Shown: positions 22,546 to 32,128, counted from the stretch's first letter. The stretch: 64,000 nt of DNA from a virus (IMGVR_UViG_3300010163_002887); one strand, 5' to 3'. Made by a program: numbers and translations. The notes: generated by a model from the letters alone, not told the origin.

Positions 22546-22935
22546 ATGGAAAAAATAGGTGTGCGAACGAGAGACATTAAATTTTGTAGCAAAAAAAATG
22601 GAGCAATGATTTTGGTTCACAGCGAGGAGGCAAGATCCTATGCAAAATACTTGGAAGAAAATTCGGACGTCGCATCTTATGAAACGTGCAAAGCCCTAAT
22701 TTCAGATCGTTTAAATAATCTACAAAAAACAGATATTCGAGGTGAATATTTTAAACAAAATTGGGCCAGTGATTTTTATATTAATTTTGAAGATAGCACC
22801 ATTGCTGTACGCGAAATAATTAGATCAAGTACATTAACAAAAAGAGCCGATATAGAAAAACTTGAATTATCTCGACGTTACTGGGCATCTTTAGGGATTT
22901 CAAATTGGAAAATAGTTATTGTTGGAGGGGAATAA
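22546..22935 (+). CDS. tnsA: TnsA-like endonuclease (N-terminal restriction-endonuclease-like domain only)
   Basis: 129 aa. KLELSRRYW...G block resembles the conserved TnsA region. Acidic residues DFYINFED...K are compatible with a D/E...K nuclease. Sits immediately upstream of tnsB. Confidence 0.45.
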   Translation: MEKIGVRTRDIKFCSKKNGAMILVHSEEARSYAKYLEENSDVASYETCKALISDRLNNLQKTDIRGEYFKQNWASDFYINFEDSTIAVREIIRSSTLTKRADIEKLELSRRYWASLGISNWKIVIVGGE

Positions 22936-22938
22936 ATT

Positions 22939-24690
22939 GTGTTTATCCAAATTGCGGGGGAACGCTTTAGAGTGCTTCAAAAAGAAATGGACGGGGCTTG
23001 GATTATTTCATATGATGAATATCAAATGCCTATTTTTATCAATCAAAACGAGCTTAATCATGCAAAGCGAATTTCAACACCCGATGAATATATAGAAAAC
23101 ATAAAAAGAGAGAAGACAAATGCGCAACAACAACGATATGAACTTCTAAGATCTGTCATAGAAGATAGAAAATGTATTACTGATGAATCGTATCGATCAG
23201 AATTGTTTAAGAAAATCGCCAATGAGAATAACACAACAGTGAAAAGGCTACGACGTCTATATTATTATTATTTGGCTTGGGGAACACTAACGAAGAATAA
23301 GCCAAGAAAATGCGTTCGGCGAATGGATTTTGAAGAAGCAATTCGAAAATATTATTTTTCTGCAAAACGAAACAGTTTGCGTACAACATACGAACTATAT
23401 ATTTTAGACAAACATACAAACCAAGGCATAATTAATGACAACATACCATCATGGTATAGTTTTCGTTTATATTATTACCGTCACTTTCACAACAATCCAC
23501 AAAAAGAGATTGCTCGTGAGGGTTTAACATATTATCAGAGAAATAGTAGACCATTGCACGGTTCGGCAATGCAATATCGAAGGAACATTGGCTGTTATCA
23601 AATAGATGAAACCCAAGGGGATATTTATCTTGTATCAAAATGGGATCGAAGTCAGGTAATTGGGCGTCCCAACATTTATCTTGCAATTGATGTTGCAAGT
23701 GGTTTAATCGCCGGAATATATGTTGGTCTTGACGCAGGAGAAAATGCAATGATGGCTTGCATTGCAAATGCCGCAATGAGTAAAGCGAAATTTTGCTCTC
23801 ATTATAGTATAAAATTAGACTCGCGCGACTGGCCCAGCCAAGGGTTGCCATCCGAAATAATAAGCGATAGAGGAGCAGAATTTACAGGCGAACGTATTGA
23901 CGAACTATGCCTTTGCTATGGGATAGATCGCCAAGTACTGCCTCCCTTCCGCGCTGAAGAAAAACCTCTAGTCGAACGGGCAAATGAGTTGATTCAAGAT
24001 AGTTACAAATCTATGTTGCGAGGTCGTGGCGTTATTGGTGAAGATGCAATGGAGCGTTGGTCGAAAGATTATCGTAAACAGGCAATTTTAACACTAGAAG
24101 AGTACACATCTATTGTAATACATGTTGTTATTGCATTAAATAAAAGTCGTATTTTAACTAACATCGGACATTTGCCTGTAGAAGCTCCAAACACGCCAGC
24201 AAGGCTTTGGTCTTGGCTTAGAGAAAATGAAATGTGTGATCTTTTGGATGTAGATGAAGAGGAAATTTATTGTCGGTCTCTTCCTCGCAAAACCAGTAAA
24301 GTAACTCGTAAAGGGATTATATTTAATGGGATGCGCTATCTACCAGAAAATAGAAGTGAATTAATCATCGGTAAAAAAATAGAATTTGCTTATGATAAAC
24401 AAAACACTAAAAGAATATTTGTATTAGATGATAACAAAAGGATGATTCCTTGCAATCTTGCGTCATCTTGTTCTCGATATGCAGGATATGATATGACTGA
24501 TATTACACTAATACACGCTGATGAGTCAAAACGCAACAAATCTGCTCGACAAAAGGAATTAGAGGCTAAGGTAGTCATGCGTGAAAAAATCGAAAAAATT
24601 ATTTTGTTCGCTGAAACACAACGCACCAATGACAAACAAATATCTGAAATTCAAACTCAAAGAAAACAAGAAAAGGAACGATTAACATGA
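22939..24690 (+). CDS. tnsB: Tn7-like transposase TnsB (DDE / rve integrase-core family)
   Basis: DDE triad candidates YQIDETQGD, ISDRGAEF, KPLVERAN; 583 aa; Mu/TnsB-like. Confidence 0.75.
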   Translation: MFIQIAGERFRVLQKEMDGAWIISYDEYQMPIFINQNELNHAKRISTPDEYIENIKREKTNAQQQRYELLRSVIEDRKCITDESYRSELFKKIANENNTTVKRLRRLYYYYLAWGTLTKNKPRKCVRRMDFEEAIRKYYFSAKRNSLRTTYELYILDKHTNQGIINDNIPSWYSFRLYYYRHFHNNPQKEIAREGLTYYQRNSRPLHGSAMQYRRNIGCYQIDETQGDIYLVSKWDRSQVIGRPNIYLAIDVASGLIAGIYVGLDAGENAMMACIANAAMSKAKFCSHYSIKLDSRDWPSQGLPSEIISDRGAEFTGERIDELCLCYGIDRQVLPPFRAEEKPLVERANELIQDSYKSMLRGRGVIGEDAMERWSKDYRKQAILTLEEYTSIVIHVVIALNKSRILTNIGHLPVEAPNTPARLWSWLRENEMCDLLDVDEEEIYCRSLPRKTSKVTRKGIIFNGMRYLPENRSELIIGKKIEFAYDKQNTKRIFVLDDNKRMIPCNLASSCSRYAGYDMTDITLIHADESKRNKSARQKELEAKVVMREKIEKIILFAETQRTNDKQISEIQTQRKQEKERLT

Positions 24691-26117
24691 AATACAAAAT
24701 TGGACAGCAAATTGTAAAAGCTGTTTATAGTAAGAGTGAGACACTTAATCCATTGATAGACGCACTACCTGAAAGTCTGGACGCAAACAGCTTTTTTAAA
24801 CAAATAAAATCTGCCCCTCCAATATGTTGTAATGAAAACAATATGATGCTAAGAGAGCGAAAGCAAAGTCTCAATCTTCTGCATACAATTTTTGTACCAC
24901 TAAATTATATGTACTATGTTTATAATACATTATTTCAAATGTTCAGGAGCAGTTATTGTACATTGTCTTCAAGAGAAAGGGTTGCTCGAATAAACGCCAT
25001 CTTTGCTTCCGACAAAGCTATAAATATATACGGAACGCAAGCTCAATCAGGAGCGCTTCTCGGAACACCTGGCGTCGGGAAAACTAGTACTGTGAAACGT
25101 TGCTTGAAATTAATACCCCAAGTAATAGAGCATGAAAAATATTTAAGTAGACCATTTTTCTGTAAGCAAGTAATATGGTTATTCGTTGACTGCCCGAGTG
25201 ATGCAAATCAAAAAGCAATGGCGTACAATATTGTCCATGCTTTGGATAGAGCTGTAGAAAGCAATCACTTAGAATATCTTATGCATATGCGAGGCAATTC
25301 TTCAAGTGCTGTAGCAGCATATATAAAGGTTTTATGTTTAACATATCACATTGGTTTGATTGTAATTGATGAAATACAAAATGTTGTCGTTACGGCCCAC
25401 CGCACAAATCGCGTAAAGCCATTAATTAGGTTTTTGACTGAGCTAACAAATGATTCTAGTACAGCAATTTACTTCACAGGAACTACACTGGCTGAAAAAG
25501 TATTTCAAACTGAGGAATATTTGCGTAGACGAACACGGGGGCCACGGTTATTGCCTTTCAAGCCAGATGGAGTCTATCGAGATTTTTTGCAAAATTTTTG
25601 GTCATATCAATTTACTCAAAAAAAAGCTGAGCTTACAGACAAGCTAGCGAATCAGATATATGATTATAGTGGAGGAATTCCAGCATATATCGTAAAGCTA
25701 TTTGAGGGAGCGCAGATGTTAGCACTTACGCAAGGAGTAAAAAAAATTGATAGTAAATTGATTGTGGATGCGGCTGCATTTTTGTCAATTCAACCTCCAA
25801 AAGAAATTGGAAAAGGAACCTTTTTATCTGATTTCAAAAGTCCCATTGATATAAACATGCAAAAGGAATCCATTTCCAATATCGCAACTGATTCAGGAAC
25901 CATTAATTATGATAGAGAATATTACAATTTGGAAACTAATTCTGGGCCAGGTAATCAATTGAATACTGCTGATAGTGAAAAGCGCCTCTACACAAAAAAA
26001 CGGGGCAGAAAAAAACAAGAACGAGACGAAAAAGATTTAATTGTTGCTTTAAATGAAGGAAAACTTAAGGAAATGCTGTTATCACAAGATATGATGGAGG
26101 GTATAGTTTTATGTTGA
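24687..26117 (+). CDS. tnsC: Tn7-like transposition ATPase TnsC/TniB (AAA+)
   Basis: Walker A LLGTPGVGKTS, Walker B LIVIDEIQN; overlaps the tnsB stop. Confidence 0.7.
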   Translation: MKYKIGQQIVKAVYSKSETLNPLIDALPESLDANSFFKQIKSAPPICCNENNMMLRERKQSLNLLHTIFVPLNYMYYVYNTLFQMFRSSYCTLSSRERVARINAIFASDKAINIYGTQAQSGALLGTPGVGKTSTVKRCLKLIPQVIEHEKYLSRPFFCKQVIWLFVDCPSDANQKAMAYNIVHALDRAVESNHLEYLMHMRGNSSSAVAAYIKVLCLTYHIGLIVIDEIQNVVVTAHRTNRVKPLIRFLTELTNDSSTAIYFTGTTLAEKVFQTEEYLRRRTRGPRLLPFKPDGVYRDFLQNFWSYQFTQKKAELTDKLANQIYDYSGGIPAYIVKLFEGAQMLALTQGVKKIDSKLIVDAAAFLSIQPPKEIGKGTFLSDFKSPIDINMQKESISNIATDSGTINYDREYYNLETNSGPGNQLNTADSEKRLYTKKRGRKKQERDEKDLIVALNEGKLKEMLLSQDMMEGIVLC

Positions 26118-27445
26118 CATGGTTTCCAACTCCATATCCTGATGAATCTTTTTACAGTGTTTTGTGTCGATATTATGTTTCTGCGGGAACTCGATCGCAT
26201 AAAGGTGTTTGCGATCAATTATTTGACGGTAGATCAAACATAAATATTAGCTCAATATACCCCTTCCCTAGTATTCATATTATACTGTCTAAATTACCAA
26301 AGAAAATATTTAACGCGAAAAATATTATACTACACCATACGGCATTTCTTTATTATACAAGAATATATTCAGCAGAAGTTCGAGATGGATTAATAAATGA
26401 AATTATACATGGTGTTGGAAAAAGTTCACCGTTTTCCTGGAATAAAATTTCTAAGAAAGATTCTACGCTACGTTATTGTCCATATTGTGTTGAAGAAGAT
26501 ATGAAAGCATTTGGTGAACCATACTATCATGTAGAGCATCAGATTCCTTTGTCAAGCGTGTGTGTTAGGCATAACTGTCGGTTAAAGCAAATAAAGGTCA
26601 AGAATTTGAAACCTCCATTAAATAAAGAATTTGCCTCCATTGAACTGTTAGATTCTGATGCAATCATTAATGACGCAGTTTCCAATTCCAGATATAGCAA
26701 ATTTTTTCCACTTGGAGTAATGGATTTAGATAAAGACGCAGATACTGATATATCAATTAGTGAAAAGCAGATTAGCCAAGCAGTATATCAATACTGGAAG
26801 TTACCCTATTCAATATCACCACATATAGGAACCAATAATCTTTATCAAGCATTAATAAATGGTGGCTTCAAAAAATTAGATTCAACAACTGGAATACTTG
26901 TTGACAATAAAAAGCTATATGACTCATTGTGCGAATATCATGGTAAAAATATAATAGATAAAGTATTTGGACATAGTTTGACACTAATGATGGCAAATCG
27001 AATTAGATATTGGGAACAAATTATGCCAGATCGTTATATATTAATTCAAACTATGCTAGGTATGCCAGCAAAAACTGTGTTTTCTCAAGAACCAATTGCT
27101 GATAAAATGAGATTAAAAATAGAACACCTAGCCAGGAGTAATCAATTTTACACAATTACGCAAGTAAAAAAAGAGTTGGGGATAAACGATCGCGAGCTAA
27201 AAATATATTTGCGTTCTTATAATATACAGCCGTTTTGGAGAACTAAGACTCAGTTACGGAAAAAGGCCCCATTAAAAAAGACAATCGTATGTTATTTTAG
27301 TGAAAATGAAATAGAGCAGATAGTTCAATGTAGCCAGAAACTTGGCTTTACACAAAAGGGAACATTTATAAAAGAGTGTGTGCGCTATGTAATAGAAAAC
27401 CTTAACCAAAATGACTCAAATTTCATTTCAGAATTGACACATTAA
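26111..27445 (+). CDS. tniQ: TniQ/TnsD-family target-selection protein
   Basis: N-terminal TniQ pattern (PYPDESFYSVLCRY). Zinc finger CPYCVEED...H...CVRHNC. C-terminal HTH-like region. Confidence 0.7.
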   Translation: MLTWFPTPYPDESFYSVLCRYYVSAGTRSHKGVCDQLFDGRSNINISSIYPFPSIHIILSKLPKKIFNAKNIILHHTAFLYYTRIYSAEVRDGLINEIIHGVGKSSPFSWNKISKKDSTLRYCPYCVEEDMKAFGEPYYHVEHQIPLSSVCVRHNCRLKQIKVKNLKPPLNKEFASIELLDSDAIINDAVSNSRYSKFFPLGVMDLDKDADTDISISEKQISQAVYQYWKLPYSISPHIGTNNLYQALINGGFKKLDSTTGILVDNKKLYDSLCEYHGKNIIDKVFGHSLTLMMANRIRYWEQIMPDRYILIQTMLGMPAKTVFSQEPIADKMRLKIEHLARSNQFYTITQVKKELGINDRELKIYLRSYNIQPFWRTKTQLRKKAPLKKTIVCYFSENEIEQIVQCSQKLGFTQKGTFIKECVRYVIENLNQNDSNFISELTH

Positions 27446-27487
27446 CAACTCCCCACGGCCAAAGACAGCACCTTTTCGGTACAGTCG

Positions 27488-27525
27488 ATATAAAAATAGC
27501 AGGAGTCTGACTATCCAGACTCCTG
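27488..27525. terminator. bidirectional terminator between tniQ and the SPFH gene
   Basis: AGCAGGAGTCTGACTATCCAGACTCCTGCT followed by TATTGTT. Confidence 0.5.
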
Positions 27526-27541
27526 CTTATTGTTCTTGGTA

Positions 27542-28432
27542 TTACGGTTCAACAGAGACGATTGCATTTGCTCCAGTGACAGATGGAAGTTTTCCGTCCC
27601 ATTTCTGAATCTTCTCATATTCAGTCAGTGTATCGGTCACGCTCTCCGACAGTTTCCGGTTTGCGCCAGCCTGTGCCTCCGCAACGGTAGCAAGCGCGTC
27701 AGCCTCGGCCTTCGCGGCGATAACCTTTTGATCGGCGTCTGCCTGGGCGGCGATGCGTTTCTTCTCTGCTTCCGCATTGGCGTTCTCCAGATCTGTAGCG
27801 TTTTCGATTTTCCGCTTTTCATATTCCAATTGGGCAATCTGCTTATTGGCAATTGCCTGCTGATAGGATTCCTCGAAATCCATATCCGCAATGCTGACAT
27901 TGACAATCTCAATGACACGATTGCCGTTGTATTTGGCGTCAATCCCCTTCTGGATCAAGTCGCAACAGACGGGTTCGATCTTTGCACGATTTGTTACTTC
28001 GCTTGAGGAAAGCGTGGACATTGCGCCCTTCAGGCCAGAACGGATGATACTTCCCGGCAATGCATTGTCCTTATAATCCGAGACGTTTGAGACAAGCCAC
28101 GCGGAGCATTCAGGCAGAATGCGGTATCCAACCGTGATATTTTGCATGTACACCGCAGTACGCTCATTGCTTTCGCCCCAAACCTGGTCAGAATATGTGA
28201 CATCCTGCTGCTTGTTGTTTACCTTGATAATCTTTTGGACAAAGGGGATCGTCATGGTTGTGCCGCTGCTGAGGACATCAGGGTTGATCTGCCCCATCGT
28301 AACGCGTACCCCAGTACACCCCGAAGGAATCACCGTGACGCAAAGGCAGATGAGAACCAGACAAAGCACAATTGCCGCCACAATAGGGATAAGGTGAAGT
28401 TTTCTTTTTCTAAGCATGATACATACCTCCAA
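27542..28432 (-). CDS. SPFH/band-7 (prohibitin/HflC-like) membrane protein
   Basis: N-terminal TM segment, SPFH core, and a C-terminal coiled-coil rich in A/E/K/Q. Confidence 0.75.
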   Translation of the reverse strand: MEVCIMLRKRKLHLIPIVAAIVLCLVLICLCVTVIPSGCTGVRVTMGQINPDVLSSGTTMTIPFVQKIIKVNNKQQDVTYSDQVWGESNERTAVYMQNITVGYRILPECSAWLVSNVSDYKDNALPGSIIRSGLKGAMSTLSSSEVTNRAKIEPVCCDLIQKGIDAKYNGNRVIEIVNVSIADMDFEESYQQAIANKQIAQLEYEKRKIENATDLENANAEAEKKRIAAQADADQKVIAAKAEADALATVAEAQAGANRKLSESVTDTLTEYEKIQKWDGKLPSVTGANAIVSVEP

Positions 28433-28490
28433 TAAAAGATTTGCTAGATAGTACGGTATCTGAGAAAATATATCAAAAGAATTCCAAGAT

Positions 28491-29205
28491 TCATCCCATC
28501 CGCATCCCTATCTCCTCCCCTGCCAGCCTGTAGGCATCACTGATCTCAGGAGACTTGTCCAGAAAGCTGATTTGGTTTCGATTTGGGAAATACTTATTGA
28601 GTAGACGTGTCTCAAATTCTTTTTGCGTTTCTATTCTGTCTTTGAGAATATGAATGACCTCACATCCGGCTCTTGCAAACTCTCTTGCAATGAGAATTCC
28701 TCTGTGACAGTTAATCGGGTCAGCCTCCGCGCACATTAGGCAAAAACCGGTATCCCCTTCTCATCCCCTCCAACACCCGTTCAATTCCCGAGCGAAACTC
28801 CGAGCTTTGGGCTACCTTTTGAAAGTCTACAATGCCATTGGTGTACTCGCTGTGATTTTCTCGTTTTGCCCCAAACTCCTTTGCATAATTTCTGTAGATG
28901 ATATGCTCTTGTTTCATGTGTCGCTTGAGAGGGGTTAGAGAATAGTCTGGGAAGTGAGCGGAGTATGGAATAGAGCGGACATCCATGAGAACAGAGACAT
29001 GATATTCGTGCAGCGCTTTAATAAATGTTGGGAAAGAAAATCTGGAATAGCCTATTGTGAAAATTTGTGGCTGTTCTAAACAAGGCTTGTTGACTGTATA
29101 AATGCTAACCACCTCCATTGGGCGGGATATGGGAAGAGCGCGGGGTTCCCGCGCTCTATATGTTTTCCTGCATTGTGTTTTAAAAATCAGACTGAATAAG
29201 GTCAT
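28491..29205 (-). pseudogene. DUF488-family gene split by a frameshift (161-aa and 81-aa ORFs overlapping at 28720-28736)
   Basis: Upstream ORF has IFTIGYS...DVRSIPYS. Downstream ORF has C..ADPINCHRGILIA. Together they form a full DUF488. Confidence 0.5.
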
Positions 29206-29206
29206 C

Positions 29207-29740
29207 TTACTGTGAATCTCCTAAAAATGCGGCAACAGTCTTAGTTAGCGCATACTTTGTTTCGTCATCTACTTGGACACTGTTATTTCTCACAATAATG
29301 ACTGAGCCTATTGGCTCTCCGCATGAAATAATAGGAGTTACTATAGCAGCTTGATATCTACCATCAGCCTCAGTAATGTAAATTTCGTCATCGTTGCCGT
29401 CACATAGGCAAGTACAGCGACTATTCATAATTTGATTTATCCGAGCACTTATGCGCGCCCCCAACAAACTGCACTTGGTCAAGCCTGCCGCAATGATCGT
29501 ATCTCGATCTGAAATGGCAACAATAGCCCCACAACTCTGGGTAGCGGCAGTACAAAGTTGCTATGCCAAGTTCTTCATATTGTCCAACTCTGAGTATTTT
29601 TTGATAACAAGTTCTCCGTCAGAATTAATGTGTAGTTCAAGAGGATCGCCTTCTCTAATTCGCATATTGCGACGCAGATCCTTTGGAATTGCCACACGGC
29701 CCAAATCGTCGATACGCCGAATAGATCCTACTATTTCCAT
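29207..29740 (-). pseudogene. spoVT: spoVT-like AbrB/GAF regulator interrupted by an in-frame TAG at 29561..29563
   Basis: N-terminus MEIVGSIRRIDDLGRVAIPKDLRRNMRIREGDPLEL is the SpoVT/AbrB swapped-hairpin domain. After the amber codon the same frame continues ...AIVAISDRDTIIAAG...GEPIGSVIIV...AAFLG, matching the SpoVT GAF domain. RBS AGGGAGGA. Confidence 0.6.
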
Positions 29741-29764
29741 TTTATTTTCCTCCCTTAGTGTTTT

Positions 29765-29820
29765 TTAGTGCTCATCCATCATTTTCCGTACACGCAGAAT
29801 TTCTTTTGAAGAATGTGTTG
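29765..29820 (-). repeat. direct repeat A: duplicated 3-prime end of a DUF262-like gene (encodes ...THSSKEILRVRKMMDEH*)
   Basis: About 85 percent identical to 31102..31155, which is the real 3-prime end of the DUF262 gene. Confidence 0.55.
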
Positions 29821-29823
29821 TTT

Positions 29824-30705
29824 TTAGAAAATCAGACTGGCCGGGTCGTCCCACTGCGAATAGAGCTTGCAGTCGGGCTGAAGGATCAGGTACTTGTAGT
29901 TCTCGTCGGTCTTCTCAGATTTGTCCATGCAATCCATGTCAATGACAACGCAGAGTCCATTGACGGAGTACTTCCTAGCACCATGTGGCAATACACCGAG
30001 CGGCCGCCCTGTCTTTTGAATGTACCCTTGGATGTTCAGCAGATTGATCATCGGAAGGCCGTTGGCATTGATCCACTCGTCCTGCGGGGTGTTGTTTTCG
30101 CTGGTGTACAAGCGCCGGAGCGTGATCTGATCGGCCCCAAGCGACTTACACTCGCGGAATAAAGCATCTGGATCTTTGGAATAGTCCAGAAACTCTTTGG
30201 TCAGATTCAAACTGAGCCGTAGCGTGAAGTCATAGCGCTTAATCTCTTCGCAGAGTTTGGGTAACGGCAAGCAAAAGAGATTGGGACTGCCGATGATCTC
30301 AGCATTTGCATATCCGTCCAGACTGGACAAGGACAGCGATATGACGTTTACGCCGACATGGTTGCGCAGAAAGCGCAGGAAATTCTGATCCAGAAGGACG
30401 CCTGTGGTCTGCATTTCGATCCAGCGGAAGGGATTTTGCATCATTTGCATCATCATCCCGAAGTAAGTCAAGAACTTGCGGTTCTGCTGAGGCTCGGAAT
30501 TACCTGTTAACATGACCGTATTGCATCCGTTATCACGGGCAAATTCCAAGCGCTTGAGGTAGTCCTTGAGATAGAGGTCAAAGAACGGCAGATTGTCATC
30601 CATCTGGTTTTTGTGGACATTGCAGCTCATTTTGCTGACGCAAAACTTGCATTTGTTAACACAGCCTTTGTTGGGAACAACAACGGATAAAGATTGAATT
30701 TTCAA
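29824..30705 (-). CDS. radical SAM domain protein
   Basis: CVNKCKFC (Cx3Cx2C) near the N-terminus; 293 aa; no SPASM-type cysteine cluster. Confidence 0.65.
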   Translation of the reverse strand: MKIQSLSVVVPNKGCVNKCKFCVSKMSCNVHKNQMDDNLPFFDLYLKDYLKRLEFARDNGCNTVMLTGNSEPQQNRKFLTYFGMMMQMMQNPFRWIEMQTTGVLLDQNFLRFLRNHVGVNVISLSLSSLDGYANAEIIGSPNLFCLPLPKLCEEIKRYDFTLRLSLNLTKEFLDYSKDPDALFRECKSLGADQITLRRLYTSENNTPQDEWINANGLPMINLLNIQGYIQKTGRPLGVLPHGARKYSVNGLCVVIDMDCMDKSEKTDENYKYLILQPDCKLYSQWDDPASLIF

Positions 30706-30740
30706 GATAATATCCTCACTTTCTTCATTTTGATAGAGTT

Positions 30741-31082
30741 TTACACGTATTTGATTGCCTGAAGAAGTCTTTCTTTGTAATCATCCTGACAGTCTCCAGT
30801 AATGATATGGTTTATGAGAGATGTTTTAAGATCCGCCCTCTTTTTCGCGCGAATCGCATCTTCGGGGTCAAGTGCGCATTTTCCTACGACCTCTTCCGCC
30901 ATGTAATTGGGACAATAGGAGACATGGTATCCGCAGGCGAATTTTCTGTGTTCCCATTTCCCGCCGTTGCAATGCTGCCTGACCTTTGTGGTATTGAATT
31001 CAGTTTCAACAGATTCCGAAACCACTACTTTGCACCCACAAACAGGACACGAAGTGGTTTTGATAAACTCGATATCGACCAT
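30741..31082 (-). CDS. Cys-rich zinc-ribbon protein
   Basis: 113 aa with CPVCGC...HCNGG...CGYHVSYCPN...C; sits between the DUF262 and radical SAM genes. Confidence 0.4.
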   Translation of the reverse strand: MVDIEFIKTTSCPVCGCKVVVSESVETEFNTTKVRQHCNGGKWEHRKFACGYHVSYCPNYMAEEVVGKCALDPEDAIRAKKRADLKTSLINHIITGDCQDDYKERLLQAIKYV

Positions 31083-31101
31083 AGTAAAATTCTCCTTTTA
31101 A

Positions 31102-31623
31102 TTAGCATTCATCTATCATTTTCTGCACACGCAGAATTTCTTCTGGGAAGTGCGGCGTTCCGCCGTTATTCATCTGGATGTACCATTGAAGGACTTCCCT
31201 TTTCGTTTTGAGGTCGTTGATGTTAACCACCATGCCATGACGTATGAGATCGGTTGGCCCTTCAAAGTCTGAATAAGTTCGGCCAAATACTCGGATTTCA
31301 TTGTTCAGAAACTTCTGAATTGCGGTGATGCGTTGAAGTCCGTCTACACAAACAAAATCGTTGTATTCGCTTTTAGTCCGAACTCCATGCCAATGAGGGT
31401 CGTTGAAATAGAGTGTACGCCCTGACCTGCCACCCTGAAGAATGAATTCCATGAATTTAACTTGTTGCTCTTCACTCCACACATGACCGCGTTGAAAATC
31501 AGGACAGAGTTGCAACCCATCTTCCTTGACTAGCTGATCAATCCATTCGACCAAATATTCCATTGACACATTAACTTGGTACGACCCATCACTGATAAAC
31601 TGCGGTATTTCCCTGAATGTCAT
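31102..31623 (-). CDS. DUF262 (ParB/Srx-like nuclease domain) protein
   Basis: DFQRGHVW and VDGLQRITAI (DGQQR-type) motifs; 173 aa standalone domain. Confidence 0.55.
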   Translation of the reverse strand: MTFREIPQFISDGSYQVNVSMEYLVEWIDQLVKEDGLQLCPDFQRGHVWSEEQQVKFMEFILQGGRSGRTLYFNDPHWHGVRTKSEYNDFVCVDGLQRITAIQKFLNNEIRVFGRTYSDFEGPTDLIRHGMVVNINDLKTKREVLQWYIQMNNGGTPHFPEEILRVQKMIDEC

Positions 31624-31681
31624 TATTGTTTACCTCCTTATTACTCAATCGATGTTTTCATTCGATCGCCTTTTTATATGT

Positions 31682-31750
31682 GACTCCCCTCCCCTATGCA
31701 AAGATCTTTTTAATCCAGCCTTGCGGTTGATTTGAATAATGATACGGAGA
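31682..31750. repeat. about 70-nt intergenic repeat, copy 1 (copy 2 at 31909..31975)
   Basis: CCCCTCCCCTATGCAAAGATCT..CCAGCCTTGCGGTTGATTTGAATAATGATAC versus CCCTCCCCCATACAAATCTATTTAGATCAGCCTTTCGGTTAGTTTAAACAATGATAC. Confidence 0.5.
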
Positions 31751-32128
31751 ATATTTAGAGAATATCAATGTGTTTCAATATCTGGTCGATAAAAGGCAAT
31801 CTCCCCCGCCGAGAAACAGCGAGGGAGATTTTTTATCTGTTATGTCTTTGAACAATCTTCTATTTTTGTCAAGCAATGTTTTTGGTTAAATCACCTTTTT
31901 CATAACGTGTTCCCTCCCCCATACAAATCTATTTAGATCAGCCTTTCGGTTAGTTTAAACAATGATACAAAGATCAAAAAAAATTATTATGGTTTGCCTT
32001 TGCGGGGTGTGTTGGAGTGAAGTTTGAGATATTTCAGATGAGAATCGGTTAGAATTTGTATCCTCCTTTGATATATTGCTTGCGTTCCCGTACAATACTG
32101 CAAATCAAAAAATTGGAGGGCAAGAAAA

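Larger units (their letters stand above)
22270..27490 (+). mobile_element. minimal Tn7-like transposon (tnsA-like, tnsB, tnsC, tniQ); ends tentative
   Basis: Canonical gene order, with the tnsA-like gene next to the left boundary. Six imperfect 15-nt CGArnnTnnnnrA repeats at 22282-22483 are candidate TnsB sites; the first follows a TGT at 22276. Inverted CGAAAAGG/CGACTGT motifs at 27465-27487 are a candidate opposite end. Confidence 0.45.

Noticed and set aside
29561-29563. TAG in spoVT as evidence of an alternative genetic code or pyrrolysine
   Set aside because: TAG is used as a normal stop elsewhere (nrdD ends in TAG) and no pyl genes are present; nonsense mutation or sequencing error is far more likely.
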